This document shows positions 19,211 through 28,822 of a DNA stretch of 64,000 nucleotides, piece by piece. Location of the stretch: the NCBI GenBank assembly GCA_018268015.1, contig JAFDXJ010000021.1:10965-74964 (forward strand), read 5' to 3'. Positions within the stretch are counted from its first letter, which is position 1. Each line of letters begins with the position of its first letter. The stretch is from Bacteroidota bacterium (GTDB lineage: Bacteria > Bacteroidota > Bacteroidia > Chitinophagales > Chitinophagaceae). The notes under the pieces were generated by a model. That model made no database searches, was not told where the DNA came from, and saw only the letters and a list, made by a program, of their open reading frames with translations. Made by a program: the position numbers and the translations under genes.

Positions 19211-19693
19211 TTAGGGTTTATCAATAAAAAATTGTTCTGTTACACAATATGGCTTTCCATTCATTTTCCAGGAAGCCTTCATAATATAAATGCCTTTTAT
19301 AAACTCATTTTTTGAAATATTTATTTCCGCTGTATCCTTTAACTCAAATGGAATGGCAATATCTTCTTTTTCTGAGGAAGGTCTATACATAAGAATAGTC
19401 CCATCACTTGTTTTTTCTTTACATTCCGCTGGAAAGAGTATAGTGATATAATCATTTTTTTGTTGAATAGTTACACGCTTCGAAAGAGCATTTGCATTTC
19501 TTTCCGCCATAAGTGTTTTATCAAATTGTAGTTCTGCTGCATAATAGTCTTTTTCTGACATTTCGTAAGTCACCTGAGTACTTTTATAAACCAGGAAACT
19601 CATTGCAGCAACTGAAATGATTATGGCGATAAGTATTCCGGTTCCCCAGTTCCAAATACCATAAGGTCTTTCCGGTTTTGTATTTTTTGTCAT
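19211..19693 (-). CDS. FixH family (CcoH-like) protein
   Basis: Single N-terminal TM helix (GILIAIIISVAAMSFLVY) with a periplasmic domain. Sits immediately after ccoG. Confidence 0.7.
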   Translation of the reverse strand: MTKNTKPERPYGIWNWGTGILIAIIISVAAMSFLVYKSTQVTYEMSEKDYYAAELQFDKTLMAERNANALSKRVTIQQKNDYITILFPAECKEKTSDGTILMYRPSSEKEDIAIPFELKDTAEINISKNEFIKGIYIMKASWKMNGKPYCVTEQFFIDKP

Positions 19694-19717
19694 AATGAGT
19701 TATGTTAGCCTAAATGA

Positions 19718-21148
19718 CTAATTTCCTGTCCTTTTAATTGGTCCGAGGAAAGTTGATGATAATTGATTAACATTTCCACGCTTATTATATAAGCCAACTT
19801 TTATTTTCAGTTTTCTTTCTTTGATTACAGATTTTGGGAGTATAATAAAAAAAGTTGCTGCCACTTGTTGTTCCGGCTTTATTTCTATTAGAGGGTTTCC
19901 CACAAGGCGAACAGTACCAGGTAAATTTTCCAGCCTTACTTGTAATGTATCATTTTTCAAAGTTTTATTGATCAGTTTGATATTATATAAATTAGAAATA
20001 CTATCTGAGCCTTGCTCCTGATAGGTCATTCCGGAAGTGCGCATAAGTGTACCATCAACATTTTTCCGGGTAATCAATAAAGCAGTGATAGCTATAATAA
20101 GGAATACTAAAACGGTACTGTACGCTTTTAATTTTGTGGTAAAAGAAAAAGGGATTTTATTAGAAATATTATTTTCGGAGTCATACCTGATAAGTCCTTT
20201 GGGCCTATTGACTTTTTCCATTATATAATTACAGGCATCAATACAAGCCGTACAATTAATACATTCTAATTGGGTCCCATTCCTGATATCTATACCTGTC
20301 GGGCAGACATTAACGCATTGATGACAATCGATGCAGTCGCCCACATCGCCCTGATCTCCTTTCTTAAATTTTCCCCTGGGCTCTCCCCGCTGATAATCAT
20401 ACGCCACAACAATGCTATTCTTGTCAAGCAATACGCCTTGCAATCGGCCATAAGGACAAATATTAGTGCATACCTGCTCTCTTAAAAAAACATACACACT
20501 AAAAAAAATAAGCGTAAAAATGAGAATACTTATTAAACCGCCAATATGCATACTAACAGGTTCTGTCACTATTTTCTTTAGTTCCTCAATCCCAATAATA
20601 TAAGACAAAAAAGTATTTGCTATAATAAATGAAAGCGCAAAGTAAATGGTATAGCGTAGCGTATATTTTCTTATTTTTTCTGCTTTCCAAGGCGCTTTAG
20701 ATAATAATTTTTGAGTTTGCGCATTACCTAAAACAATATAATCTACGCGGCGAAAAAGCATTTCCATAAAAATGGTCTGTGGGCAAATCCATCCACAGAA
20801 AATACGTCCGAAGGCATTGGTAAAGATGACAATAAATAAAATGAACGCTAGCATCATCAGCCCAAATATGATAAAATCCTGTGGCCAGAATGCAAAACCA
20901 AATAATATAAATTTCCCTTCGGGGAAATTAAATAATAGCAAGGGCCTTCCATGAATATAGATAAATGGGGTAATAAAAAAAACCGCATAGAAAAAGATGG
21001 CTACAAATTTTCTTTTATTAAACCATTTTCCCTTGGGCTTAAAAGGGAAAATCCATTTTCTCTTGCCATCCTGCGTTACTGTTGAAAGATGGTCCCTGAA
21101 ACTTTCATTCTCTATCCAGTGTAAATCAGGTTCATTATAGCCACTCAT
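19718..21148 (-). CDS. ccoG: Cytochrome c oxidase accessory protein CcoG/FixG (4Fe-4S ferredoxin)
   Basis: Two ferredoxin Cys clusters (CIDCHQCVNVCP and CINCTACIDAC), multiple TM helices, and synteny. Confidence 0.9.
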   Translation of the reverse strand: MSGYNEPDLHWIENESFRDHLSTVTQDGKRKWIFPFKPKGKWFNKRKFVAIFFYAVFFITPFIYIHGRPLLLFNFPEGKFILFGFAFWPQDFIIFGLMMLAFILFIVIFTNAFGRIFCGWICPQTIFMEMLFRRVDYIVLGNAQTQKLLSKAPWKAEKIRKYTLRYTIYFALSFIIANTFLSYIIGIEELKKIVTEPVSMHIGGLISILIFTLIFFSVYVFLREQVCTNICPYGRLQGVLLDKNSIVVAYDYQRGEPRGKFKKGDQGDVGDCIDCHQCVNVCPTGIDIRNGTQLECINCTACIDACNYIMEKVNRPKGLIRYDSENNISNKIPFSFTTKLKAYSTVLVFLIIAITALLITRKNVDGTLMRTSGMTYQEQGSDSISNLYNIKLINKTLKNDTLQVRLENLPGTVRLVGNPLIEIKPEQQVAATFFIILPKSVIKERKLKIKVGLYNKRGNVNQLSSTFLGPIKRTGN

Positions 21149-21160
21149 TTTTTACATTTT

Positions 21161-22300
21161 CTATTTTAAAGTGTCTGTCACAATATTATTTGCAGCAGAA
21201 GTATCTTTATAAATATCTCCTTGCGGTGCTTTTGGATTTGCAGGTTTAGTGCCATGAATTGAATGTATATAACTGGCAATTTGTTCAATCTTTTTTGGAG
21301 GGTAATCATCTTTCCAACTTTTCATTCCTTTTTCTGGAACACCATATTTAATTGTCTTAAAAATATCTTTTATACTTCCGCCATGTAACCAATAATCGTC
21401 TGTAAGATTCGGCCCTACGATGCCGCCTCCGTCAGCACCATGACATGCCGCACAAACAGAAGTAAAAACAGATTTTCCTTCAGCCAGATCTGTCGGATCA
21501 GATAAATAAACAGCATTATTTTCATCTACTTTACCAGCAGAAGTTTCCAAATATAATTTTTGTTTTTCTACAGCTTCCTGATTCGCAAATGCCAGCTCCT
21601 GTAATTGATTGGGAGCGCTATGAGAAACCAGATGAGTATATAAATAAATAATTGAAAATATGATGGATACTACAAAACCCCACTGCCACCAGGGAGGAGT
21701 AGGATTATCCAATTCACCAATACCGTCATAATCATGGCCAAGATTGATTTCTGCTTCAGAAAGCGGGTCTATACTTTTGGTATTCATTAGTTTTTCCAGC
21801 CACCTGAATTTATTTTTCTCTTTAACTAAAGTATCTTCTTCCACCAATTTCTCCGTTTTCAAACCTGAAAAATAATAGAACATCCGTGCTAAAAAGGTAA
21901 TGATAATCAACTCAAGAATCAATCCGCTTAACAATAGATAAAAAGTTGATGCAGGCATCCCAAAAAGTATAGAAGGCCCATCAACTGCAGCTTTCACCGT
22001 TTCCGCATCATCTTGAGAGAAAGCATGCCAGGGCTGCATGCTCAATATGAATATCACAATGGGTAAAGCTTTTTCCTTGAGCTTTTTCATTCTTATTTCA
22101 TTGTTTTTATAAGCAATAAAAACAACCTTACCAAGTACATAAATTACGCCGGCAAATAATAAAGCTATAGACAACATCAACCAGGCTACTACAGGTACGG
22201 TTGAAGAATCAGAAGCAACTTTTTGTTGTTCAGCGAATACCATTGTTGCTGGAAATATGGTGGCCATGAGGGCGAAAAGCAAGATGAAAAAACGCTTCAT
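21161..22300 (-). CDS. ccoP: cbb3 oxidase subunit III-like protein (FixP_N domain plus a single c-type haem domain)
   Basis: FixP_N-like block DYDGIGELDNPTPPWWQWGF. Only one CxxCH motif (CAACH). Extended N-terminus with a signal peptide and extra TM helices. Confidence 0.8.
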   Translation of the reverse strand: MKRFFILLFALMATIFPATMVFAEQQKVASDSSTVPVVAWLMLSIALLFAGVIYVLGKVVFIAYKNNEIRMKKLKEKALPIVIFILSMQPWHAFSQDDAETVKAAVDGPSILFGMPASTFYLLLSGLILELIIITFLARMFYYFSGLKTEKLVEEDTLVKEKNKFRWLEKLMNTKSIDPLSEAEINLGHDYDGIGELDNPTPPWWQWGFVVSIIFSIIYLYTHLVSHSAPNQLQELAFANQEAVEKQKLYLETSAGKVDENNAVYLSDPTDLAEGKSVFTSVCAACHGADGGGIVGPNLTDDYWLHGGSIKDIFKTIKYGVPEKGMKSWKDDYPPKKIEQIASYIHSIHGTKPANPKAPQGDIYKDTSAANNIVTDTLK

Positions 22301-22335
22301 ATAAAATATATAAAAGGTTGAAAAATAGAGTCAGT

Positions 22336-22497
22336 TTAATCTTCCAGAGGAAGGTTTTTAATTTGTCGGATCGTTTCTTTGTCTTTTGAAAAAACCAGAA
22401 TGGTTGCAAGGACAAAGATGCCGACGAAAAGAATCAACGTAATAAGTGGGTAAATACCAACGCCGGTTATTCCTGTAAGATAATTGATGAATTTCAT
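22336..22497 (-). CDS. CcoQ-like small membrane protein (53 aa, absent from the supplied ORF track)
   Basis: Manual translation: MKFINYLTGITGVGIYPLITLILFVGIFVLATILVFSKDKETIRQIKNLPLED. One TM helix. It fills the gap between ccoNO and ccoP. Confidence 0.65.
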   Translation of the reverse strand: MKFINYLTGITGVGIYPLITLILFVGIFVLATILVFSKDKETIRQIKNLPLED

Positions 22498-22529
22498 CGT
22501 TCTTTGTTTTTGTATTTTATTAATAAATA

Positions 22530-24728
22530 TTACGGGGTTGTTTTATCCGCTTTGATATCTGTGCCCAATCGTTGCAGGTAAGCAATTAATGCAACGATCT
22601 CATCATTTGGAGCCACATCAATTTTTTCACTTGCCAGGTTTTTCTGAATTGCCGCAGCCTGTTTATCTAAATCATTATTTGCAATATTTTCATAGCCTTC
22701 TGCATAAGGAACACCTAATTTTTTCATGGCCTTAATCATATCATAGGTCTTCGTTTTATCTATTTTATCTTCGAATAACCAGGGGTAACTGGGCATTAAT
22801 GATCCCGATGTCATGGAAGTAGGATCCAGCATATGATTATAATGCCAACTATTGGGATACTTTCCCCCCTCACGAGCCAGGTCGGGCCCAGTTCTCTTGG
22901 AGCCCCATTGAAATGGATGATCATAAACAAATTCGCCGGCTTTGGAATATTCTCCATACCGTGCTACTTCATCACGAAATGGGCGGATCATTTGTGAATG
23001 GCAGGTATAACAGCCTTCACGGACATAAATATTTCTTCCATATAATTCAAGGGGAGTATAAGGTTTCACACTGGATATTGTGGGGATATTTGATTTCACC
23101 AAAAAAGTAGGAATCATTTCAACCATACCTCCTATTCCAACAGCAATTAGAGAAAGGAAAACCATTTGTACAGGTCTTTTCTCTATCCAACCATGCCAGT
23201 GACCTTTAGCCTCTTTAAATTTATAATTTTCTGGTAAGGATGGTGCCTCTGCTTTTTCATTAGGAACAAGGTTTCCTGATTTTATAGTCTTATAAATATT
23301 AATGATCATTAATATTAGTCCGGAGATATACAATGAACCCCCCAATGCGCGTAAGACATACATGGGCTGTATAGAATTTACCGTTTCCATAAACTGGTAT
23401 TGAAGCGTTCCTTCTTCTGTAAATTGTTTCCACATGAGGCTTTGTGTAAATGCTGCCCAGTATAACGGGATGACATAAAAAATAATTCCGAGCGTACCAA
23501 TCCAGAAATGGGTATTTGCCCATTTTTGTGAATATAATTTTGTATTAAAAATTCGGGGTAGCAGCCAGTATAACATACCAAAAGCTAAAAAGCCATTCCA
23601 GCCCAGAGCTCCTACATGAACATGCGCAATAGTCCAATCTGTATAATGGCTGATTGCATTTACACTTTTCAAAGAAAGCATTGGCCCTTCAAATGTTGCC
23701 ATCCCATAACAGGTAAGGGCTACTACAAAAAATTTTAAAATAGCATCATCCCTAACCCGGTCCCATGCACCACGTAAAGTCAGCAAACCATTCAACATAC
23801 CTCCCCAGGATGGAGCTATCAACATGATAGAAAAAACCGTTCCCAGGCTCTGCGCCCATTCCGGTAATGCGGTATATAATAAATGGTGTGGCCCCGCCCA
23901 TATATATAAAAAAATTAATGCCCAAAAATGAATAATAGACCAGCGATAAGAATATACAGGTCGATTGGCTGCTTTGGGTACAAAATAATACATCAAGCCA
24001 AGAAAAGGTGTAGTGAGGAAAAAGGCGACCGCATTATGACCATACCACCATTGTACCAATGCATCTTGTACACCGGCATACCAGGAATAGCTTTTAGTAA
24101 ATGAAACAGGCAATGCAATGGAATTAACAATATGCAGCATAGCCACTGCAACCCATGTACCGATATAAAACCATATAGCCACATATAAATGAGCCACTCT
24201 TCTGTGCAAAATAGTCCCCAACATATTTGCCCCAAAAACTACCCAGATAATTGTTATAGCAATATCTAATGGCCATTCTAATTCAGCATATTCTTTGCCC
24301 TGAGTGAATCCCATCCATAAACTAATGGCCCCAAATAAAATGATAGTTTGCCAACCCCAAAAATGAATTTTACTTAACTTATCAGACCACATCCTTGCTT
24401 TCAGTAAACGCTGAAGTGAATAATAAACACCACAAAAAATGGCATTCCCTACAAAAGCAAAGATGACGGCATTGGTATGTACCGGGCGCATCCTGCCGAA
24501 ACTGGTTGCAGGTAAGCCTAAGTTTACATCCGGCCACGCAAGGCAAAGGGCTGCCCATAGACCAGCCAACATACCTACAAGCCCCCAAAAAAGAGTCGCA
24601 TAAGCAAAGTCCTTGACAATTTTATTGTCATAATAAAATGTTTCAACCTGTAGACCCTCCCCTGGTCTCAACACAGGTTCAGATCCGGTATTATTTACAT
24701 TTTGGGATGATTCGAAATTCATACTCAT
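22530..24728 (-). CDS. ccoN: cbb3-type cytochrome c oxidase, fused subunits I and II (CcoN-CcoO)
   Basis: 732 aa. Haem-copper oxidase helices with conserved His residues in the N-terminal ~480 aa. The C-terminal CcoO-like domain has CYTCHSQMIRPF. Confidence 0.93.
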   Translation of the reverse strand: MSMNFESSQNVNNTGSEPVLRPGEGLQVETFYYDNKIVKDFAYATLFWGLVGMLAGLWAALCLAWPDVNLGLPATSFGRMRPVHTNAVIFAFVGNAIFCGVYYSLQRLLKARMWSDKLSKIHFWGWQTIILFGAISLWMGFTQGKEYAELEWPLDIAITIIWVVFGANMLGTILHRRVAHLYVAIWFYIGTWVAVAMLHIVNSIALPVSFTKSYSWYAGVQDALVQWWYGHNAVAFFLTTPFLGLMYYFVPKAANRPVYSYRWSIIHFWALIFLYIWAGPHHLLYTALPEWAQSLGTVFSIMLIAPSWGGMLNGLLTLRGAWDRVRDDAILKFFVVALTCYGMATFEGPMLSLKSVNAISHYTDWTIAHVHVGALGWNGFLAFGMLYWLLPRIFNTKLYSQKWANTHFWIGTLGIIFYVIPLYWAAFTQSLMWKQFTEEGTLQYQFMETVNSIQPMYVLRALGGSLYISGLILMIINIYKTIKSGNLVPNEKAEAPSLPENYKFKEAKGHWHGWIEKRPVQMVFLSLIAVGIGGMVEMIPTFLVKSNIPTISSVKPYTPLELYGRNIYVREGCYTCHSQMIRPFRDEVARYGEYSKAGEFVYDHPFQWGSKRTGPDLAREGGKYPNSWHYNHMLDPTSMTSGSLMPSYPWLFEDKIDKTKTYDMIKAMKKLGVPYAEGYENIANNDLDKQAAAIQKNLASEKIDVAPNDEIVALIAYLQRLGTDIKADKTTP

Positions 24729-24742
24729 AAGCAGATTCGGGT

Positions 24743-24901
24743 TTAATTGTGTGATTGATTTTCGTTTTCTTCAAATAAAATTTTATGTGCTGGAGAATAT
24801 TCATCATCATATTGCCCGTTTCTCACCGACCAAATAAAAGCAAATAAAAAAATCAAGGCTACCAATAAGCTCGCACATAATAGGACCACCATGGCACTCA
24901 T
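24743..24901 (-). CDS. ccoS: cbb3 oxidase assembly protein CcoS
   Basis: MSAMVVLLCASLLVALIFLFAFIWSVRNGQYDDEYSP pattern. The internal ATG at 24901 is preferred over the listed start at 24937. Confidence 0.8.
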   Translation of the reverse strand: MSAMVVLLCASLLVALIFLFAFIWSVRNGQYDDEYSPAHKILFEENENQSHN

Positions 24902-25014
24902 ATACTTTTTTTCTAGGTTCAAAAATAAAATGCTCATTAAAAAGGGATAATGACAACCATCATACTTTTTTATGAGCTAAATCATAATCGCTGATTTCTA
25001 CCTTGCAAATACCA

Positions 25015-27483
25015 TTATACTTTACCCGATAGAAAATTTCTTAGGCGCATATTTTTTGCAATCAAATTACTTAATATAAATGTAAGAAAAATAATTGTTA
25101 GTGTACTACATGGCATTAAAATAGCCGCCACCAATGCGGATAATTTCCCTTGTACGGCGAAATATATTCCGATAAAATTGTATAATAAAGAAAACCCAAA
25201 ACATATTTGAATGATGAGTTTGGTATCCTTACATAATTTGATAAATAACGGTAATAAAAAAAGCCTGTCGCCTTCAAGTATGGCATCACCTGCTGGTGTA
25301 AATCTTTGTGTATTGTCCGTAATGCAAATACCTATATCACTTTGCTTTAATGCTACAGCATCATTCAAGCCATCTCCTGCCATAGCAACAACTTTACCGA
25401 CGGTTTGCAGGTGTTTGATATAAGATAATTTATCCCCCGCAGATTGCCTGAACCGAATATCCGCATCCTCACCCATTGCTTTTGAAAAAAGTTCAGGTTG
25501 GTAGGGCTCATCTCCTGATAATAATGAAATTTGTGTGTTCTTTTTTAAAGCCTCGAACATTTCAATCAACTGTGGACGGAGCGTTTGTTGTAATATAAAA
25601 GTGCCTCTTTTAATTCCATCAATTTCTACGTGAATCATTGTTCCTTTCGTGTTGCTGATATTGGATTCATATTTCATGAAAATATTGGTTCCCAAAGTCA
25701 CCTGATGATTTTCTACTTCACCCATTATTCCAAGACCGGGATATTCTTTAAAATTGGCCACTTTTTCCGTTTCATGAACTTGTAAAAAATCAAGAAGTGG
25801 CTTACTAAAAGTATGAAGAGTTTGTTTTGCCAGTGATGCTATTAATTTTTTTTCCAAGCCGGGTAATTCATCCCCTTGATAAGTCACTTGTATATCTTCA
25901 GGGGAGGTTAACGTTCCGGTTTTATCAAAAACGAGCGTATTTATTTTACTGAATTTTTCAATAATTGAAGCATTTCGCAGGTATAATCCATTTTTTCCTA
26001 GTAGGCGTAATATAAACCCATTGGCAAACGTAGATGTTAACAGTAAACCGCATGGGCAGGCAATAATTAATACGGCTGTAACTGCGGGCCATATTTTTCC
26101 CACATCATGATACCACCAATATATCCCGGCTGTAAAGGCAATTCCACCAACGATGAGCGTGAAGTTTCTGGCCAGTTTATGTACAAAAGAAACGTGAGTA
26201 GTTTTCTTTAATTCACTTTCCTGTACGCCCCACAGGCCGGTCAGGTAACTTTGAGCAACCTCTTTGATAACCTGTATTTCCATGATACCACCAAGTAATT
26301 TTCCGCCAGCATAAATTTTATCACCTTTTTTTATTTCCACTGCAACAGATTCTCCGGTTACGAAACTATAGTCTATCAGCGCATCTCTATTTAGCAGGAT
26401 ACCATCTACCGGAATTATTTCACCATTTTGTAAACGAAGGATATCGCCACATTTGATTTTATTGACCAGGGTTGAAGTTTCTATACCTTCATTAGAAAGA
26501 ACCGTAGCAGCCAAAGGAAAATAATCTGTATAATCTCTCTCAAATGAAAGTTGCAAATAAGATTTATCCTGCAATATTCTCCCGGCTAGCATAAAAAATA
26601 CGATACCGGTCATAGAATCAAAATAACCATTCCCTGTATTTGAGAAAACATCCATAAGGCTACGAATAAAAGTAACCAGGATGGCCAATGCCACCGGAAA
26701 ATCAATATTCAAATATTTCTCCCGCAAGCCTTTCCAGGCACTGATAAAAAAAATATTGGCGCAATAAAAAAATACGGGAATAGCTAATATTACATTTAAG
26801 TATCTAAAGATATGCCCCAGGTATATTTCCTGTGACACAGTGCTTGAGAAGTATTCCGGGAAACTCAACAACATGATATTTCCAAAAGCGAAACCGGCAA
26901 TTCCAATCTTATAAACCAATGAACGATTGGGCTTTTTGGGGCTGGGTGATCCTTTCATACTTAGATGAGGATCATAACCAATCCGATTCAGCGTTTCAAC
27001 GACTTGGCGAAGAGAAATTACATTTTCATCAAAGATTATTCTGGCTTCTTTTTCGGCAAATTTGATATCAGTACGTAAAATGCCCGGATTTATCCGATGC
27101 AGATTTTCCAATAAATATATACAGGAGCTACAATGTATGGTGGGAATCGTAAAATAAACATGTGCCTGGCCTGCTTCCCGGTAACTGATTAATGTTTCGG
27201 CAATTTCAAAATCATCCAAAAAAGCATATTTGCCTGTATGCTTTTGAAGTCGTTGTTGTACTCCTGCATGATCATTAAGTGTATAATAGGAAGCGAGCCC
27301 ATTTTCATTCAAAATCTGATATACAGATTTACATCCCGTACAGCAGAAATTTTTCCCTTCAAAAATAATATCATCCGTCAGGCAACACTCCCCGCAATGA
27401 AAACAAAACTTATGCGTTTTTTCAAGGGTAGGGTTACGTATTGATGATTTCCCGGAAGAATTTGTTTTTGCAGAAGAAATCAA
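25015..27483 (-). CDS. ccoI: Copper-translocating P-type ATPase CcoI/FixI
   Basis: N-terminal Cys-rich metal-binding region (FCFHCGECC...CCTGCKSVY), the CPC motif (IIACPCGL), DKTGTLT and GDGLNDA. TTG start. Confidence 0.9.
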   Translation of the reverse strand: MISSAKTNSSGKSSIRNPTLEKTHKFCFHCGECCLTDDIIFEGKNFCCTGCKSVYQILNENGLASYYTLNDHAGVQQRLQKHTGKYAFLDDFEIAETLISYREAGQAHVYFTIPTIHCSSCIYLLENLHRINPGILRTDIKFAEKEARIIFDENVISLRQVVETLNRIGYDPHLSMKGSPSPKKPNRSLVYKIGIAGFAFGNIMLLSFPEYFSSTVSQEIYLGHIFRYLNVILAIPVFFYCANIFFISAWKGLREKYLNIDFPVALAILVTFIRSLMDVFSNTGNGYFDSMTGIVFFMLAGRILQDKSYLQLSFERDYTDYFPLAATVLSNEGIETSTLVNKIKCGDILRLQNGEIIPVDGILLNRDALIDYSFVTGESVAVEIKKGDKIYAGGKLLGGIMEIQVIKEVAQSYLTGLWGVQESELKKTTHVSFVHKLARNFTLIVGGIAFTAGIYWWYHDVGKIWPAVTAVLIIACPCGLLLTSTFANGFILRLLGKNGLYLRNASIIEKFSKINTLVFDKTGTLTSPEDIQVTYQGDELPGLEKKLIASLAKQTLHTFSKPLLDFLQVHETEKVANFKEYPGLGIMGEVENHQVTLGTNIFMKYESNISNTKGTMIHVEIDGIKRGTFILQQTLRPQLIEMFEALKKNTQISLLSGDEPYQPELFSKAMGEDADIRFRQSAGDKLSYIKHLQTVGKVVAMAGDGLNDAVALKQSDIGICITDNTQRFTPAGDAILEGDRLFLLPLFIKLCKDTKLIIQICFGFSLLYNFIGIYFAVQGKLSALVAAILMPCSTLTIIFLTFILSNLIAKNMRLRNFLSGKV

Positions 27484-27502
27484 TGGAAAGGCTTTTAATA
27501 TT

Positions 27503-27510
27503 CAAATTTA
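27503..27510 (-). promoter_or_regulatory. -7 box TAAATTTG (minus strand) upstream of ccoI
   Basis: The plus-strand sequence CAAATTTA is the reverse complement of TAnnTTTG, 20 nt upstream of the ccoI start. A second overlapping candidate, CAAAATTA, lies at 27512-27519. Confidence 0.4.
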
Positions 27511-27685
27511 TCAAAATTAATTGTAGCTTTTAATGCCAACTATGACGATAATCATTCATGTAAATGAAAATTATCATGAGATATCTATATTTTGCTTCCC
27601 ATTAAATTGTTAATACATGCATCATTTCCTGATTATAAACTATCTTAGTTTCATCTACTTCTATTAAAAAATTAGTTTTACGATT

Positions 27686-28816
27686 ATGAAAAAAATATTC
27701 TTGTTGGGGCTTCTGCTGATAGGCATGATTTATTCCTATGCACAAAACCCTATTTATTATTTGCTAGTTGGAACATATACAAATAAAGGCACCAGTGAAG
27801 GGATTTATGTTTATCGTTTCAATCCTAATAAAACTGAAGTGACTTTTATGAGCAAGACAAGTGATGTAGACAATCCTTCTTATCTTACGGTATCCAAAGA
27901 TCAAAAGTTTGTTTATTGTGTAAATGAAAATTCCGGTGATAAGCCCGGAAGTGTAAGTTCATTTGCTTTTGATAAATCAAAAGGGGAACTTCATTTTTTA
28001 AATAAACAACCTTCAGGTGGTGATGCACCCTGTTTTATTAATATTGATGCCACCGGTAAAAATGTAATTGCTGCAAATTATATGGGCGGAAATTTTTCCA
28101 TATTCAAAACAAATAGCGATGGTTCTTTAAATCCATTTACTCAATTGATTGCACACCAGGGATATGGTATCAATGTACAACGGCAGGAAATGCCTCATCC
28201 CCATGCTGCCGTTTTTTCTCCTGATGAGAAATATGTATTTGTTCCGGATTTAGGCAATGATCGTCTCTATCAGTATCATTTTAATCCTACTGATGCTACA
28301 AAACCGGTTACAGAAGCAGATCCTCCTTATTATGAAATTCCGGATGGTAGTGGACCACGCCAATTTATTTTTCATCCCAATGGAAAAAATGCTTATTTAT
28401 TAAATGAATTATCTGGAGATATTATCGTTTTTGATTATGCCAATGGGAAACTAACACAAACTCAAACAATTTCATCGGATATTACCGGAGATAAAGAAGA
28501 TAAAGCCAGTGCTGATATTCATATTTCCAATGATCCCAGGTTTTTATATACAACAAACCGAGGCAAGTCCAATAATATTGCATTATATAAAGTGAGTTCG
28601 GATGGCAAGCTTGCATCGAATGGGCAACAGCCCGTTGGTCAGAACCCGAGATTTTTTATGATTGATCCGAGTGGTCGTTTTTTATTAGTTGCCAACCAGG
28701 ATAGTAACAATATTCAAATATTTATCATCAATAAAAATTTTGGGCTGCTTCAGGATTCGGGTGTAAAAATAGATGTACCACAACCTTCATGCCTTGTCAT
28801 GATTCCTGTGAAATAA
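27686..28816 (+). CDS. Lactonase family (6-phosphogluconolactonase-like) 7-bladed beta-propeller protein, secreted
   Basis: Signal peptide, then the pattern LLVGTYT...GIYVYRF...NPSYL...VANYMGG...PHPH typical of the lactonase family. Confidence 0.75.
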   Translation: MKKIFLLGLLLIGMIYSYAQNPIYYLLVGTYTNKGTSEGIYVYRFNPNKTEVTFMSKTSDVDNPSYLTVSKDQKFVYCVNENSGDKPGSVSSFAFDKSKGELHFLNKQPSGGDAPCFINIDATGKNVIAANYMGGNFSIFKTNSDGSLNPFTQLIAHQGYGINVQRQEMPHPHAAVFSPDEKYVFVPDLGNDRLYQYHFNPTDATKPVTEADPPYYEIPDGSGPRQFIFHPNGKNAYLLNELSGDIIVFDYANGKLTQTQTISSDITGDKEDKASADIHISNDPRFLYTTNRGKSNNIALYKVSSDGKLASNGQQPVGQNPRFFMIDPSGRFLLVANQDSNNIQIFIINKNFGLLQDSGVKIDVPQPSCLVMIPVK

Positions 28817-28822
28817 GAAAAT

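Noticed and set aside
22230-22415. Listed 61-aa ORF between ccoNO and ccoP.
   Set aside because: It overlaps the ccoP start and has no recognisable features. The 53-codon ORF in another frame (22336-22497) explains the gap better.
27542-27555. Possible Fnr/Crp-type box ATGACGATAATCAT (TGA-N6-TCA core) in the ccoI upstream spacer.
   Set aside because: It matches only the minimal core of TTGAT-N4-ATCAA. Several similar AT-rich palindromes occur nearby (for example TATCATGAGATA), so information content is too low to call without comparative data.
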